Source: an uncultured Planctomycetia bacterium (GTDB lineage Bacteria > Omnitrophota > Gorgyraeia > Taenaricolales > CAZCCH01). From it: a DNA stretch of 64,000 bases. Positions 19,269 to 29,843 of the stretch are shown here, piece after piece. The position numbers and the translations under genes were made by a program. The number at the start of each line of letters is the position of its first letter. Position 1 is the first letter of the stretch. The notes under the pieces are model-generated. The model saw only the letters and a list, made by a program, of their open reading frames with translations. It had not been told where the DNA came from and ran no database searches. Location: the NCBI GenBank assembly GCA_964497315.1, contig CAZCCH010000006.1:11830-75829 (forward strand), written 5' to 3'.

Positions 19269-22268
19269 ATGAAAAAGATAAGCATATTGATTATAGCTGT
19301 ATTTTTAGTAGAATTGATAGGCACCGATATCCTCCTGGCCCAACAACAAGATCCTCTACTGCTGATTGAGGAAGCCAAAGAGGTCTTAGGGAGGAAAAAG
19401 GCAGAGGTAGACACGCTCAAGCAATATGGGAAGTCCGAAGATGCCATGCTGGGAAAGGGAGACTGGACTGCCTTTTCCTGTCCCTCCTGCAACCAAACGT
19501 TTCAGGTCAACGTTGGCATTGATACAGAGCTTGAAAAGGGTTTGAAAAAGATTATCTGTCCCTACGATGGAACAGAATTTTTCCCTAGGCAAGAAGCCAT
19601 ACGCGAGGCATTGGAGCAGCCATCTAAGCCCATAACTATAAAATCGCCATTTACGGGAAGGGAGTTTAAAACAACTACCAGTATTAATGATGTTATATAC
19701 GGAGACGCAATAGTTGATCCGTTTACAGGTAAAACCTTTCGTTTTAGGCCAGAGGAGATAAAACCCAAAGCTGGACTAGCAAAAGGGTGGCAGAGTGTAA
19801 TAGGTCCTGATGGAAGGATGTTCAAGGTACGCGTTGGTACTGAGGATAAGTTAGAAGAGATAATTTCTCCTTATGACGGTTCAGTTATTCAATTGGGGTT
19901 TGGGGGTATAGGTTATGGTGGAGCTATGCCTTTCGGGCAAAAGAAGCCCTCTTCAATAGAAAAGATGTTTTCAAGGGGCATACGGCCGCATGTATCAAGG
20001 GCCATAAGGCAATTTGGCTATGACATATTCCCTGAACCAACCATAAGACGTGTTATGCAAGATGCAGGCAAGAGAGATAGAATGGATGCTGGCAGGTCTT
20101 ATGAAAATAAACTTTTTGATGATGCTAGAACGTCTATTACAGAAATGATAAGTCCGAGTATTAACACAAGGAGTGCTGCTTTTGAGAAGGCTATGTTTTA
20201 CCCAACAGGGAATGTACCGGTAGGTTCAGATTATATACTAGGGCCAGACGATACGCTTATAATAAATATATGGGGCGCAATGCAACAAACCCTACCTGTT
20301 ACCATAGATAGGGAAGGGAAGATAATGCTTCCTAAGGTGGGACCGCTGTATCTTTGGGGAACTAAATTCGGTGATGCAGAAAATCTTATAAGGGAAAAAT
20401 TAGAAGAGTCCTATACAAACATTAATGTAAGTGTCACGATGGGCCAACTTAGGACCATAAGGGTTTTTGTCTTAGGCCAGGTTAAACGGCCAGGTGCATA
20501 CATATTAAGTTCTCAGGCAACAGCGTTCCATGCATTATATGAAGCCAACGGGCCAACAAAACTAGGTACACTAAGAAAGATTAAATTGATACGTGAAGAT
20601 AAAACAGAAGAGACCATAGACCTTTACAAGCTCCTTTTAAATGGGGATAAATCACAAGATTACAGGTTATCTGCCAATGATACCATATTTGTTCCATCTA
20701 TAGGGGATGTAATAGGTGTTGCAGGTAATGTGAAGAGGCCTGCCATATACGAAACCCTTAGTCAGGTAAGTCTATTAGACCTTCTTAATATTGCAGGAGG
20801 TGTGGGTTCTGCGGGTTACTTGCAACGCATGCAGGTTGAGAGGATTGAAAGGCACCAGAAAAGAATAGTGCTTGACCTTGAATTTAAAGATACGGAAAAC
20901 TTAGAGGTTAAAGCAAAGGATACTAAACTACAAGACGGTGATCTTGTCATTATTTATCCTGTGTCTGCTGTAAGACGAAACTATGTCTCAATTAATGGAA
21001 ATGTATATCACTCCGGGGATTATCAGCTGAAGGTAGGTATGACAGTAAAAGATATAGTAGATAAGGCCGGGGGTGTGTTGCCGGATACATATATGACTCG
21101 CGCTGATCTCGTCCGCATAGATAAAGGAGGCGGTAGGAAGGTCATATCCATAGATTTAAATGAGGTCTTAAAGGCTGATAAGAAGGAAAACATCTTACTT
21201 GAAGAATGGGACCAGTTGAGGATATATACCAATTCAGAGGTTATCCCCATGAGGGTTGTAGAGATAGAGGGGGCTGTGAATAAACCCGGGCGCTATGAGT
21301 TGACCAATGACATGATGGTATCTGATCTTATATTTAGGGCAGGGGGGACTAAGGAAACAGCCGTTTTAGAAAATGCAGAACTCTTCAGAATAATACCTGA
21401 GGGTACCTCTACCGTTATGAATATAGATTTATTTAAGATCATTCACAGAAAGATGGGGTCAGCTGACTTCATCCTACAAGAGGGGGATCATTTATACGTT
21501 AGGGAAAAGGCAGCCTCAACACAAAAAACGATTATAACCTTATCAGGTGAAGTTAGATACCCTGGAGAATACGTAGCGCAAAGAGATGATAAACTGAGTT
21601 CTATAATTGAACGCGCAGGGGGTTTTACTAAAAAAGCCTTTTTGCACGGAGCAGTTTTTAAACGCCAATCCCTAAAGAAGATTCAGCAAGACATGTTAAA
21701 GCGGCATCTTGAAAGTGAGCGCAATGCCCTCCTGCAGGAACAGTCGTCTCTGGCTGGAATTAGCAGTAGTTCTGCACAGTCTGATGCCAGGATGGAGCTT
21801 TTGCGATTTAGAGAGAAGATGCTTGAGTCCCTTGATAATATTGAGGTGCCAGGTAGGATGATAATAAAGTTGGATGAACTGGAGTTTTTCAAAGGCAGTG
21901 AATATGATATTTTCTTAGAAAATGGAGATTCATTGTATATACCTACTGCCCCTTCCTCAGCACAAGTTGTAGGAAACGTATATACGCCTACCGCCATCAC
22001 ATTTAAAGAGGGGGCCGGAGTTGATTATTATCTATCCAAGGCAGGGGGTGTGACCAAGAGTGCTGATGTAAAAAAGATTTATGTAATCAGGGCAAATGGA
22101 GAAACAGTATCTAAGTTTGCCAGGGCTTTAAAGGTAGGAAGGGGAGATACGATAGTTGTGCCAGAAGCATTTAAGTATAAAACACCTACAGGTTTAATAG
22201 TCAGGGATACGGTAGGGGTTTTATATCAGATTACACTCGGTGCGATTGCCGTAGCAGCATTAGATTAG
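19269..22268 (+). CDS. Wza-like polysaccharide export protein (Poly_export + multiple SLBB domains) with an extra N-terminal repeat domain
   Basis: Signal peptide. Poly_export-type motif 'GSDYILGPDDTLIINIWG'. Several SLBB-like repeats ('...GDTIFVP...', '...GDHLYV...', '...GDSLYIP...', '...GDTIVVP...'). 999 aa, much longer than a typical Wza. Confidence 0.7.
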   Translation: MKKISILIIAVFLVELIGTDILLAQQQDPLLLIEEAKEVLGRKKAEVDTLKQYGKSEDAMLGKGDWTAFSCPSCNQTFQVNVGIDTELEKGLKKIICPYDGTEFFPRQEAIREALEQPSKPITIKSPFTGREFKTTTSINDVIYGDAIVDPFTGKTFRFRPEEIKPKAGLAKGWQSVIGPDGRMFKVRVGTEDKLEEIISPYDGSVIQLGFGGIGYGGAMPFGQKKPSSIEKMFSRGIRPHVSRAIRQFGYDIFPEPTIRRVMQDAGKRDRMDAGRSYENKLFDDARTSITEMISPSINTRSAAFEKAMFYPTGNVPVGSDYILGPDDTLIINIWGAMQQTLPVTIDREGKIMLPKVGPLYLWGTKFGDAENLIREKLEESYTNINVSVTMGQLRTIRVFVLGQVKRPGAYILSSQATAFHALYEANGPTKLGTLRKIKLIREDKTEETIDLYKLLLNGDKSQDYRLSANDTIFVPSIGDVIGVAGNVKRPAIYETLSQVSLLDLLNIAGGVGSAGYLQRMQVERIERHQKRIVLDLEFKDTENLEVKAKDTKLQDGDLVIIYPVSAVRRNYVSINGNVYHSGDYQLKVGMTVKDIVDKAGGVLPDTYMTRADLVRIDKGGGRKVISIDLNEVLKADKKENILLEEWDQLRIYTNSEVIPMRVVEIEGAVNKPGRYELTNDMMVSDLIFRAGGTKETAVLENAELFRIIPEGTSTVMNIDLFKIIHRKMGSADFILQEGDHLYVREKAASTQKTIITLSGEVRYPGEYVAQRDDKLSSIIERAGGFTKKAFLHGAVFKRQSLKKIQQDMLKRHLESERNALLQEQSSLAGISSSSAQSDARMELLRFREKMLESLDNIEVPGRMIIKLDELEFFKGSEYDIFLENGDSLYIPTAPSSAQVVGNVYTPTAITFKEGAGVDYYLSKAGGVTKSADVKKIYVIRANGETVSKFARALKVGRGDTIVVPEAFKYKTPTGLIVRDTVGVLYQITLGAIAVAALD

Positions 22269-22273
22269 GAATA

Positions 22274-23587
22274 ATGAAGAAGTTTTTAAATAGAGATATT
22301 TCTTTCGGGCTAGCTATTTTTATCTGTGCGCTTATTTTGAGATCTTTAATTATTGTTACAACTTACGTAGAACCTCAAAGTGATGGTGAGTACGATAATA
22401 ATATAGCCCTGAATATACTTGCTGGCAATGGTTTTGACCTGGAGGATTCTTCATATTCAAGACCGCCTCTTTATCCCTTGTTAATCGCTGGCATATATAA
22501 GCTCTTTGGAAATAATAACTATTTAGGATTAAGGTTGGCGCAATCAGTAGTGAGTTCATTTATGTGCCTACTTATTTATCTTATTGGATTGCGCCTTATG
22601 GGTAGATCTATAGGGGTTATCGCAGGGAGCATCGCCTCAATCTACCCGGTTTTTATCACAAGCTGTAGCATCTATAGGATCGAATGCCTTTCCAGTTTTC
22701 TGCTTACCTTGGTTACCTGGTGGATCATCAAGATACGCGAAGACTTAAGTTATCTGCGGGTGTGCTTGCTTGGTATATTATTAGGTATCATGGCCTTGGT
22801 TTCAGGAATGATGGTGCTTTATATAATATTTTTGCTAGCCGCAATGGCATGGACAGGATATTTTAGGCAGTGGCCGTTAAAGAAAACAATAGCGTTTATC
22901 CTAATCTTATTTCTATGTTTTGCGCTTCCCATTGCCCCATGGGCTATCCGCAATTGGAAGGTATACAACGCATTTGTCCCTATTTCTACCCAAGGCGGAT
23001 ATATGTTGTATTTATCTTATAAGCCGCCAGGGGGTAAGCTATTCGGGTTTAATACGATAGATGAAACAGTCCTATATGCGAAGGCGTTAAATTCTAAGAT
23101 AGAAACCAGCAAATATCTCACAAGAGCTACTTTAAGGTTTATAAGACAAAATCCCCTTAAGGTGGCAAAACTTGAGGCCTTGAAATTCTTCTTTTTATGG
23201 TCACCGTTTGACTGGGAGGTATTAGGTATTAATACAAAGGGAGTTTATAACTTTATGTATAGCTTTATATTTCCGTTTTTTCTTATAGCCTTCATACGCC
23301 TCAAGAGGGGATTTGAAAAATTTTTACCTATCTATTTGCCTATAATCTATCTGCAGGTTGTGACGCTTTTGTTTTATGGATCAGCGCGCTTCAGGATACC
23401 GATGGAACCATTCTTAATAATCTTTGCATCTTTTGGGATATATCAAGGATACCAGAATTTCCGAAATAAATACGTATTTAAAGTTCTGCTATCTATTTGG
23501 TTGCTTGGAAACGTATGGTTTTATTTTTATTCTGATCAAACCAAGGTATTTGCCAGGTCACTATTTGAATTGGTGGGCTTATGGTGA
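22274..23587 (+). CDS. GT-C membrane glycosyltransferase (ArnT/PMT-like, GT39/GT83 type)
   Basis: Polytopic. First loop '...RPPLYPLLIAGIYKLFG...' and C-terminal '...RFRIPMEPFLII...' conserved with the paralogs at 39383 and 49317. Confidence 0.7.
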   Translation: MKKFLNRDISFGLAIFICALILRSLIIVTTYVEPQSDGEYDNNIALNILAGNGFDLEDSSYSRPPLYPLLIAGIYKLFGNNNYLGLRLAQSVVSSFMCLLIYLIGLRLMGRSIGVIAGSIASIYPVFITSCSIYRIECLSSFLLTLVTWWIIKIREDLSYLRVCLLGILLGIMALVSGMMVLYIIFLLAAMAWTGYFRQWPLKKTIAFILILFLCFALPIAPWAIRNWKVYNAFVPISTQGGYMLYLSYKPPGGKLFGFNTIDETVLYAKALNSKIETSKYLTRATLRFIRQNPLKVAKLEALKFFFLWSPFDWEVLGINTKGVYNFMYSFIFPFFLIAFIRLKRGFEKFLPIYLPIIYLQVVTLLFYGSARFRIPMEPFLIIFASFGIYQGYQNFRNKYVFKVLLSIWLLGNVWFYFYSDQTKVFARSLFELVGLW

Positions 23588-25284
23588 AAAAGAATTTTCA
23601 AATATACATAGTTTTGATATTTGCAATTTTAGTAGGGCTTATATATGTGGCCCCGGATGTTGCATTCCGCCATGAATTAGGCAGTGGTTTTAAAGGCATG
23701 TACCTTACAGGCATGCTTGATGAGACTTATTACTTAAGCAGGATAAATGCAGTTTATAAGGGAGATTATAGATTAGGCAACTGGGGTATATACGAACACA
23801 GAAATGACCCAATTGTACACCCGGCACCTTTAGAAATTATAGAAGCATCAACAGGTAAATTATTAGGTCTGACAGTAGGGGGCGTGGATACACTGTTTAC
23901 CTTTGTTCTGCCGATTTGTCTTTTTCTTTTGATGTTTCTTTTTATATCTAAGGTGTCCGGTTCTTTTAGAACGAGTCTTGTAGGTGCATGTGCAATTTTA
24001 CTTGGATATTCCATGCTTGTTAAAGGGTTACCCATTTTGCATGGAGAACTTATTGATATGAGGTATTTTAGAAACCTCACCTTTATGAGACCGATAAGTC
24101 CGCAATTTACATATGTGCCTCTTTTTGCAAGTATTATTTTTGCCTGGTGTGCGATCAAAAAGGAACAAAGGGCTTTTATATTATCTGTTGCCAGTGGGAT
24201 TTTCTTGGGAAGCCTTTTTTATATAAGCTTGTATTTTTGGTCCTATATGTATGCAGGACTGGCAGTATTTACTGTTTTTTGCCTGTTAAAAAAAGATAAA
24301 GACTCTATTAAAAAGATAGCGTTGATATATTTTGTTTCTTTAATAGTCTCCATTCCTTACTGGTTAGAATTTATAAAGGTGGCATCTTCGCCTAATTTTA
24401 ATGATTTAGGTTTACGATTTGCATTAATAAATACAAGAAGACCTACATTGCCTTTGATGCATATTGGAGCATTGCTGTTATTTGTAACTGTAAGGCCGGG
24501 TAATAAGACACAGTCTTTTTGGTTCATGCTTTCACTTTTAATGGGTGGTTTCATATGTTTGAACCAACACGTAGTTACTGGCAGGGTTATGGAACCTGTA
24601 CACTGGCAGGCCTATACCAACAAGACCTTCTTAATTATTGCTGTGGTATTATCTTTTGCTAAGCTGGGTCGCAGGCTGCCTAGTTTTGTAAAGATTGCTA
24701 TAAGTATTTTTTTAATAGGCATATTTTTGGAGCATGCAGTCTTAGCGCAGGTTATATATTATGATTCCAGAGCGTCTTACTATGCAAACATGCAACCTTT
24801 ATCTGGTCCAATAGAATGGCTTAAGTCTAATACCGAAAAAGACGATGTAGTTTTGGCGAATCCACTAGATAGAAAACTTACAGAGCTTTTGGCAAGCTAT
24901 ACAAATAATTATCTATATTTTGTAAGGGCATCAAGTATAACCTCGTTGCTATCTAAAGATGAGATAGAAAACAGGTTTATAGCTAGCTTAAGACTTTTTA
25001 ATTATCCTCTTACCGAAGCTAGGCATTTTTTAAGAGAACACAACGGTGCTTTTCAGGGGATGAGTGTTAACAATAGTTATGGTGGTAAGGATGCAACAGA
25101 GCAGTACTTATCGAAGCTAGTTGAGAAGTACAAGGCTTGCCTTGCTCAACCTGCAAAGAAGGTACTTAAAAAATACAAGGTTGATTACATTTTGATATTG
25201 GCTGAAGATAAAATAGACATAAAAGACAGACATGTAAGCAAGGTCTATGATGACGGAAAATATAAAATATATAAACTCCCCTAG
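23581..25284 (+). CDS. Large polytopic membrane protein with a C-terminal soluble domain (function unknown; possible GT-C/polymerase)
   Basis: More than ten predicted hydrophobic helices in the first 400 aa, then a hydrophilic tail of about 170 aa. ATGGTGA overlap with the upstream GT-C gene. Confidence 0.4.
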   Translation: MVKKNFQIYIVLIFAILVGLIYVAPDVAFRHELGSGFKGMYLTGMLDETYYLSRINAVYKGDYRLGNWGIYEHRNDPIVHPAPLEIIEASTGKLLGLTVGGVDTLFTFVLPICLFLLMFLFISKVSGSFRTSLVGACAILLGYSMLVKGLPILHGELIDMRYFRNLTFMRPISPQFTYVPLFASIIFAWCAIKKEQRAFILSVASGIFLGSLFYISLYFWSYMYAGLAVFTVFCLLKKDKDSIKKIALIYFVSLIVSIPYWLEFIKVASSPNFNDLGLRFALINTRRPTLPLMHIGALLLFVTVRPGNKTQSFWFMLSLLMGGFICLNQHVVTGRVMEPVHWQAYTNKTFLIIAVVLSFAKLGRRLPSFVKIAISIFLIGIFLEHAVLAQVIYYDSRASYYANMQPLSGPIEWLKSNTEKDDVVLANPLDRKLTELLASYTNNYLYFVRASSITSLLSKDEIENRFIASLRLFNYPLTEARHFLREHNGAFQGMSVNNSYGGKDATEQYLSKLVEKYKACLAQPAKKVLKKYKVDYILILAEDKIDIKDRHVSKVYDDGKYKIYKLP

Positions 25285-26047
25285 CGTGGATACTAATAAA
25301 GCACACAAACTTAGCAGTTTGACCATATTTTTCCCATGCTATAATGACGGCGGGACTATAGGCAGCATGGTTACCTTAGCACATGAAACTGCATCTAAAC
25401 TGACAGATGACTTTGAGATTATAGTCATAGATGATGGCAGTGCTGATAGCAGCAAAGAAGTATTAAACAGCCTCCTTGATGTATATCCTAATTTTAGGGC
25501 TATCTTTCACCAGAAGAACCAGGGATATGGCGGTGCGTTAACAGAAGGTTTTAAGCAGGCCGGAAAGGAATTTGTATTTTATACAGATGGAGATGCACAA
25601 TATGACGTTAGAGAGCTTACGAAACTTGCTGAGCGCATGAATAATGGTGTAGACGTAGTTAATGGTTTTAAAGTTGTTCGTTCCGATCCATGGTATAGAA
25701 TCTTGATAGGCAAAACATACCAAAACCTCATGAAATGGGTTTTTTCGCTGAAGATAAAAGACGTAGACTGTGACTTCAGGCTTATGCGAAGAAAGATATT
25801 CAATAATATAGAGCTAACCCAAAAAAGCGGAGCTATATGCGTTGAAATGATAAGGAAGATTCAGGATGCAGGGTTTAAGTTTACAGAAGTAGGTGTACGG
25901 CATCACTTTAGATCTTATGGTACATCACAGGTTTTTAACATACGCAGGATATTAAGGGCCCTTAAAGATTTGACTGTGCTTTGGTGGAGGTTGGTGGGAA
26001 GTAAATTTTTGGTACAGCGCAAAAAAAGTGGAAGAATCAGAATATAA
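25247..26047 (+). CDS. GT2 glycosyltransferase (polyprenyl-phosphate sugar synthase, DPM1/ArnC-like)
   Basis: 'IFFPCYNDGGTI...FEIIVIDDGSADSS' GT-A N-terminus with DxD. About 266 aa, soluble. Confidence 0.75.
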   Translation: MMTENIKYINSPSVDTNKAHKLSSLTIFFPCYNDGGTIGSMVTLAHETASKLTDDFEIIVIDDGSADSSKEVLNSLLDVYPNFRAIFHQKNQGYGGALTEGFKQAGKEFVFYTDGDAQYDVRELTKLAERMNNGVDVVNGFKVVRSDPWYRILIGKTYQNLMKWVFSLKIKDVDCDFRLMRRKIFNNIELTQKSGAICVEMIRKIQDAGFKFTEVGVRHHFRSYGTSQVFNIRRILRALKDLTVLWWRLVGSKFLVQRKKSGRIRI

Positions 26048-26771
26048 AGCAGTATTTAATCTAGAAGATAGCCATTGGCGGTATATATGGCTTAGGCAGC
26101 TGATATGCAGTTATATAGCACGTTTTGGGAATGCCAATAGTGATTTTGCTATATTGGATGCCGGATGTGGAACAGGTGGCTTTTGTAAATTTACTTTAGG
26201 ACATACACCCTGTAGCATGTTCGGAATTGACATATCCGAGACGGGTATTAATTTTTGTAAAAAGAGAGGCTTAAACAAACTTTCGATTGCCAGTGTAGAT
26301 GATGCACCATTTTCTAATGGCAGTTTTGATTTTATAGTTTCAACTGATGTTATTTACCACAAAAGGGTTGAAGAAATATCCAGGGCGCTGAAAGAATTCC
26401 ATAGGACATTGAAGGATGGTGGGCATTTGATATTAACGGTACCGGCATATAATTTTATAAAGGGTCCTCACGATATAACCGTGCACACAAAAAGACGCTT
26501 TAGGAAAAAAGAGATTGCAACTGTTTTAGAAAATGCCGGGTTTAAGATAAAGAAACTAAGTTATATATTTTTCTTTATCTTTCCCCTTGTACTGACAATA
26601 CGATTTTACCAGAGGTTGTTTACCAGTAGCAAGAAGGTAGCCTCAGATCTAAAACCTCCTTCGAAATTAGAAAATGCACTAATGACAAGTTTATTAAAAC
26701 TAGAACAAATACTGTTATATAGAACGAATTTCCCCTTTGGGGTATCGATTTTTTGCGTGGCAGGAAAATGA
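26028..26771 (+). CDS. Class I SAM-dependent methyltransferase
   Basis: 'ILDAGCGTGGF' motif I and the downstream 'GGHLILT' motif. Confidence 0.7.
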   Translation: MEESEYKAVFNLEDSHWRYIWLRQLICSYIARFGNANSDFAILDAGCGTGGFCKFTLGHTPCSMFGIDISETGINFCKKRGLNKLSIASVDDAPFSNGSFDFIVSTDVIYHKRVEEISRALKEFHRTLKDGGHLILTVPAYNFIKGPHDITVHTKRRFRKKEIATVLENAGFKIKKLSYIFFFIFPLVLTIRFYQRLFTSSKKVASDLKPPSKLENALMTSLLKLEQILLYRTNFPFGVSIFCVAGK

Positions 26772-26772
26772 T

Positions 26773-27651
26773 ATGGAAATGCTCAAATGTAACATATGCC
26801 AATCAGAGAAAGATAAACAGGTCTTAAGAAATGGAGAACGCATTATTTTGAAAAAATGCAGGGGTTGTAATACCATCTCACTTGAATCGTTTCCAGATGC
26901 AAACAGGATTGAAGAGATGTATTCTGATGAGTATTACCGGAAACTAATAAATGCCGATCCTATAACCGAACTGCGATACAGGCAATTACTTAAGAGAATT
27001 TCCAACTACAGACCTTACGGTAGGTTGCTTGAGGTTGGCTGCGGCACAGGTCTATTTTTGAAAACCGCCCAAAGTGCAGGATGGGAGGTAACAGGGGTAG
27101 ATATATCAGAGAGCGCTGTTTGTTGGTGTAAAGAAAACCTTGGATTGGATGTAACTTGCGCAGAACTACCAGAACTTAAGTTTCCAGATGAAAGCTTTGA
27201 TGTAATAACTGTATTAGAAGTCATAGAGCATGTAAAAAGACCTATAGAGTACCTACAGGATGTGCATCGTATATTACGCAAAGAAGGTATTCTTGTGATA
27301 TCAACACCTAATTTCAATAGTCTCTCAAGAATTATTTTAAAAGAGCAGTGGAGCGGTTTGAATCCTTCGCACCTTTTTTATTTTACTCCCAGTACGATTC
27401 ATACTGTTTTAAAGAAATCCGGGTTTGCAAATATAGAAATTGAGACAAGAAACATAGCCATATCTGAAATAAGGGCAAAACTTAAACAAGGAAGTTCTGC
27501 CAATAGAGGTAAAATCGCACAGGCTGGGAAAGATTTACGCAGGAGAATAGAAAAATCCAAGTCTTTATCTGTTTTAAAAAAGACGTCTAATTCAGTGTTA
27601 AACCTCTTAGGTTGCGGAGATTCCATATGGATTTTTGCAAGGAAGGCATAA
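26773..27651 (+). CDS. Class I SAM-dependent methyltransferase with N-terminal Cys4 zinc-ribbon
   Basis: 'CNICQS...CRGCN' ribbon, then 'LLEVGCGTGLFL' motif I. Start moved to the Met at 26773 to remove the overlap. Confidence 0.7.
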   Translation: MEMLKCNICQSEKDKQVLRNGERIILKKCRGCNTISLESFPDANRIEEMYSDEYYRKLINADPITELRYRQLLKRISNYRPYGRLLEVGCGTGLFLKTAQSAGWEVTGVDISESAVCWCKENLGLDVTCAELPELKFPDESFDVITVLEVIEHVKRPIEYLQDVHRILRKEGILVISTPNFNSLSRIILKEQWSGLNPSHLFYFTPSTIHTVLKKSGFANIEIETRNIAISEIRAKLKQGSSANRGKIAQAGKDLRRRIEKSKSLSVLKKTSNSVLNLLGCGDSIWIFARKA

Positions 27652-27657
27652 AAGATT

Positions 27658-28845
27658 ATGCTTAGAGTTTTATATATTTCCTACACTAGTTCAGGTGAAC
27701 CATTATTTTATTCGCAGGTTCTAGCTTATCTAGAAAGGCTTGCTAAAAAAGATGTGCGAATTACCTTGCTTACTTTTGAAAAAGGTTTGCGTAGCAAACA
27801 AAAGCTAGGTCAGTTAAAACAACGCATGCACTCATATGACATAGAGTGGAGACGCTTAAGATATCACAAGAGGCCTCATTGTATATCCACTTTCTTTGAC
27901 ATAGCAATAGGGGTTATATACTCGAGTTATCTTGCGATTACAAGGAGAATAGATGTAATACATGCAAGAAGCTATGTGCCAGCCTGTATTGCCTTGTTTG
28001 TTTCTAAGGTATTCAGGCGAAAATTTATATTTGATATGAGAGGTATGATGGCAGATGAATATAAGGACGCAGGTCTATTTAGAGAAAATGGGTTTATTTA
28101 CAAAGTGGTGAAGTTATTTGAGAGGATTATGATAAAAAAGGCAGATTCAGTAATTGTTCTTACAAAAAAAATTGCAAAACAACTTCCAGGAAGACAAGTA
28201 GGGCTGATACCTTGTTGTATAGATGTAGATATATTCAAACCAAGGCACGATGCGAGGGCTGTGTTAGATAGCTATAGTATAAATGGTAAGCTTGTATTTT
28301 TGTATAGTGGTTCATTGGGCACATGGTATATGCTGCAGGAACTAATCGACTTTTTTAAAGTCGCGCACGATAAAATTGAAAACAGCCATTTTTTAATATT
28401 AACACACACAGATCAAAATATGATTTACAGGGCCATCTCTTCTCAAGGGCTGCCAAAGGAATGCGTGACAGTAAAGAGAGTAGACTACCAGTCTGTGCCT
28501 CGTTATATAGCGGCAGCAGATGTGGGAGTTTTATTTTATAAACCCACCTTTTCTAAACAGGCAACAAGTCCTGTAAAATTTGGAGAATATTTGGCATGTG
28601 GTTTACCGGTTATAGTAAATTCAGGGGTTGGGGATACAGAAGAGATTGTTAGCGAAAACCGGATAGGGAGCGTAATAAAAGATTTTAAAAGAAGAGAGTA
28701 TGTAGAAGCCCTAGATGAAATAGACAGACTTTTAAATGAAGGAGACTCTTTACGCCAAAGATGCCGTCAGATATCTCAAAGATATCTATCCTTAAATGAT
28801 GGTGTAGAAAAATATTGGCAGATATACAGAGAGCTAAAAAAATGA
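27658..28845 (+). CDS. GT4-family glycosyltransferase
   Basis: GT-B architecture with C-terminal 'KFGEYLACGLPVIV' (E-x7-E-like donor-binding region). Confidence 0.65.
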   Translation: MLRVLYISYTSSGEPLFYSQVLAYLERLAKKDVRITLLTFEKGLRSKQKLGQLKQRMHSYDIEWRRLRYHKRPHCISTFFDIAIGVIYSSYLAITRRIDVIHARSYVPACIALFVSKVFRRKFIFDMRGMMADEYKDAGLFRENGFIYKVVKLFERIMIKKADSVIVLTKKIAKQLPGRQVGLIPCCIDVDIFKPRHDARAVLDSYSINGKLVFLYSGSLGTWYMLQELIDFFKVAHDKIENSHFLILTHTDQNMIYRAISSQGLPKECVTVKRVDYQSVPRYIAAADVGVLFYKPTFSKQATSPVKFGEYLACGLPVIVNSGVGDTEEIVSENRIGSVIKDFKRREYVEALDEIDRLLNEGDSLRQRCRQISQRYLSLNDGVEKYWQIYRELKK

Positions 28846-29843
28846 CAAAAGAAGAATATAAAGAATGTTTTGATGGAAAGAATATTTTAATAACAGGTGG
28901 CCTGGGTTTTATAGGCAGTAATCTTGCATGCAGGCTTGTTGATTTTGGTGCTAATGTAGTTTTGCTGGATTCTCTAATACCTCAGTATGGAGGTAACCTT
29001 TTTAATATAGACGGCATTAAGGAGAAGGTGGCAGTCAATATAGCTGATGTGAGGGATGAGTTTAGCATGAACTATCTTGTGCGAGGCAAGGATTATTTAT
29101 TTAATTTAGCAGGAACCTTGAGTCATATAGATAGCATGTTAGATCCATATGCAGACCTTGATATAAATTGTAGAAGCCAGCTGACAATATTGGAGGCATG
29201 CCGTAAAAACAATAGGGGTGTTAAGATAGTTTTTGCTGGCACCAGGGGTCAATATGGCAGGGCAAATTATTTGCCGGTTGATGAAAAGCACCCTATGTGC
29301 CCTGTAGATGTAAATGGGATAAATAACATGGCAGGTGAATGGTATCATATCTTATATAACGATACTTATGGAATTAAGACGATGTCTCTTAGACTGACCA
29401 ATACCTATGGTCCCAGGCACCAGATGCGACATAGTAAACAGGGATTTTTGAATTGGTTTATAAGATTGGCCATGGAGGGTGAACAAATACAGATATACGG
29501 TGATGGTAAACAACTAAGAGATTTCAATTATGTAGACGACGTTGTAGAGGCAATGCTTTTGGCAGCAGCATCTAACAATACAAATGGAGAGGTGTTTAAC
29601 CTCGGTAGCGGCAAGCCAATTAGCGTGCTGGATGTTACAAAAGAGATTCTAGATACCGTAAAGAATGGAAGCTATAAACTAATAGAATTCCCTAAAGATA
29701 AAAAGAAGATAGAAGTAGGTGACTATTCTGCAAGTTTTGAGAAGTTTAGCGAAGTCACAGGCTGGCAGCCAAAAACATCTCTAAAGGAAGGACTAGTTAA
29801 GACATTTGAGTTTTATAAAACAACTAAACAACATTACTGGTAA
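28842..29843 (+). CDS. NAD-dependent epimerase/dehydratase
   Basis: 'ILITGGLGFIGSNLACRLV' Rossmann motif. Start set at the Met giving an ATGA overlap with the upstream stop. Confidence 0.75.
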   Translation: MTKEEYKECFDGKNILITGGLGFIGSNLACRLVDFGANVVLLDSLIPQYGGNLFNIDGIKEKVAVNIADVRDEFSMNYLVRGKDYLFNLAGTLSHIDSMLDPYADLDINCRSQLTILEACRKNNRGVKIVFAGTRGQYGRANYLPVDEKHPMCPVDVNGINNMAGEWYHILYNDTYGIKTMSLRLTNTYGPRHQMRHSKQGFLNWFIRLAMEGEQIQIYGDGKQLRDFNYVDDVVEAMLLAAASNNTNGEVFNLGSGKPISVLDVTKEILDTVKNGSYKLIEFPKDKKKIEVGDYSASFEKFSEVTGWQPKTSLKEGLVKTFEFYKTTKQHYW

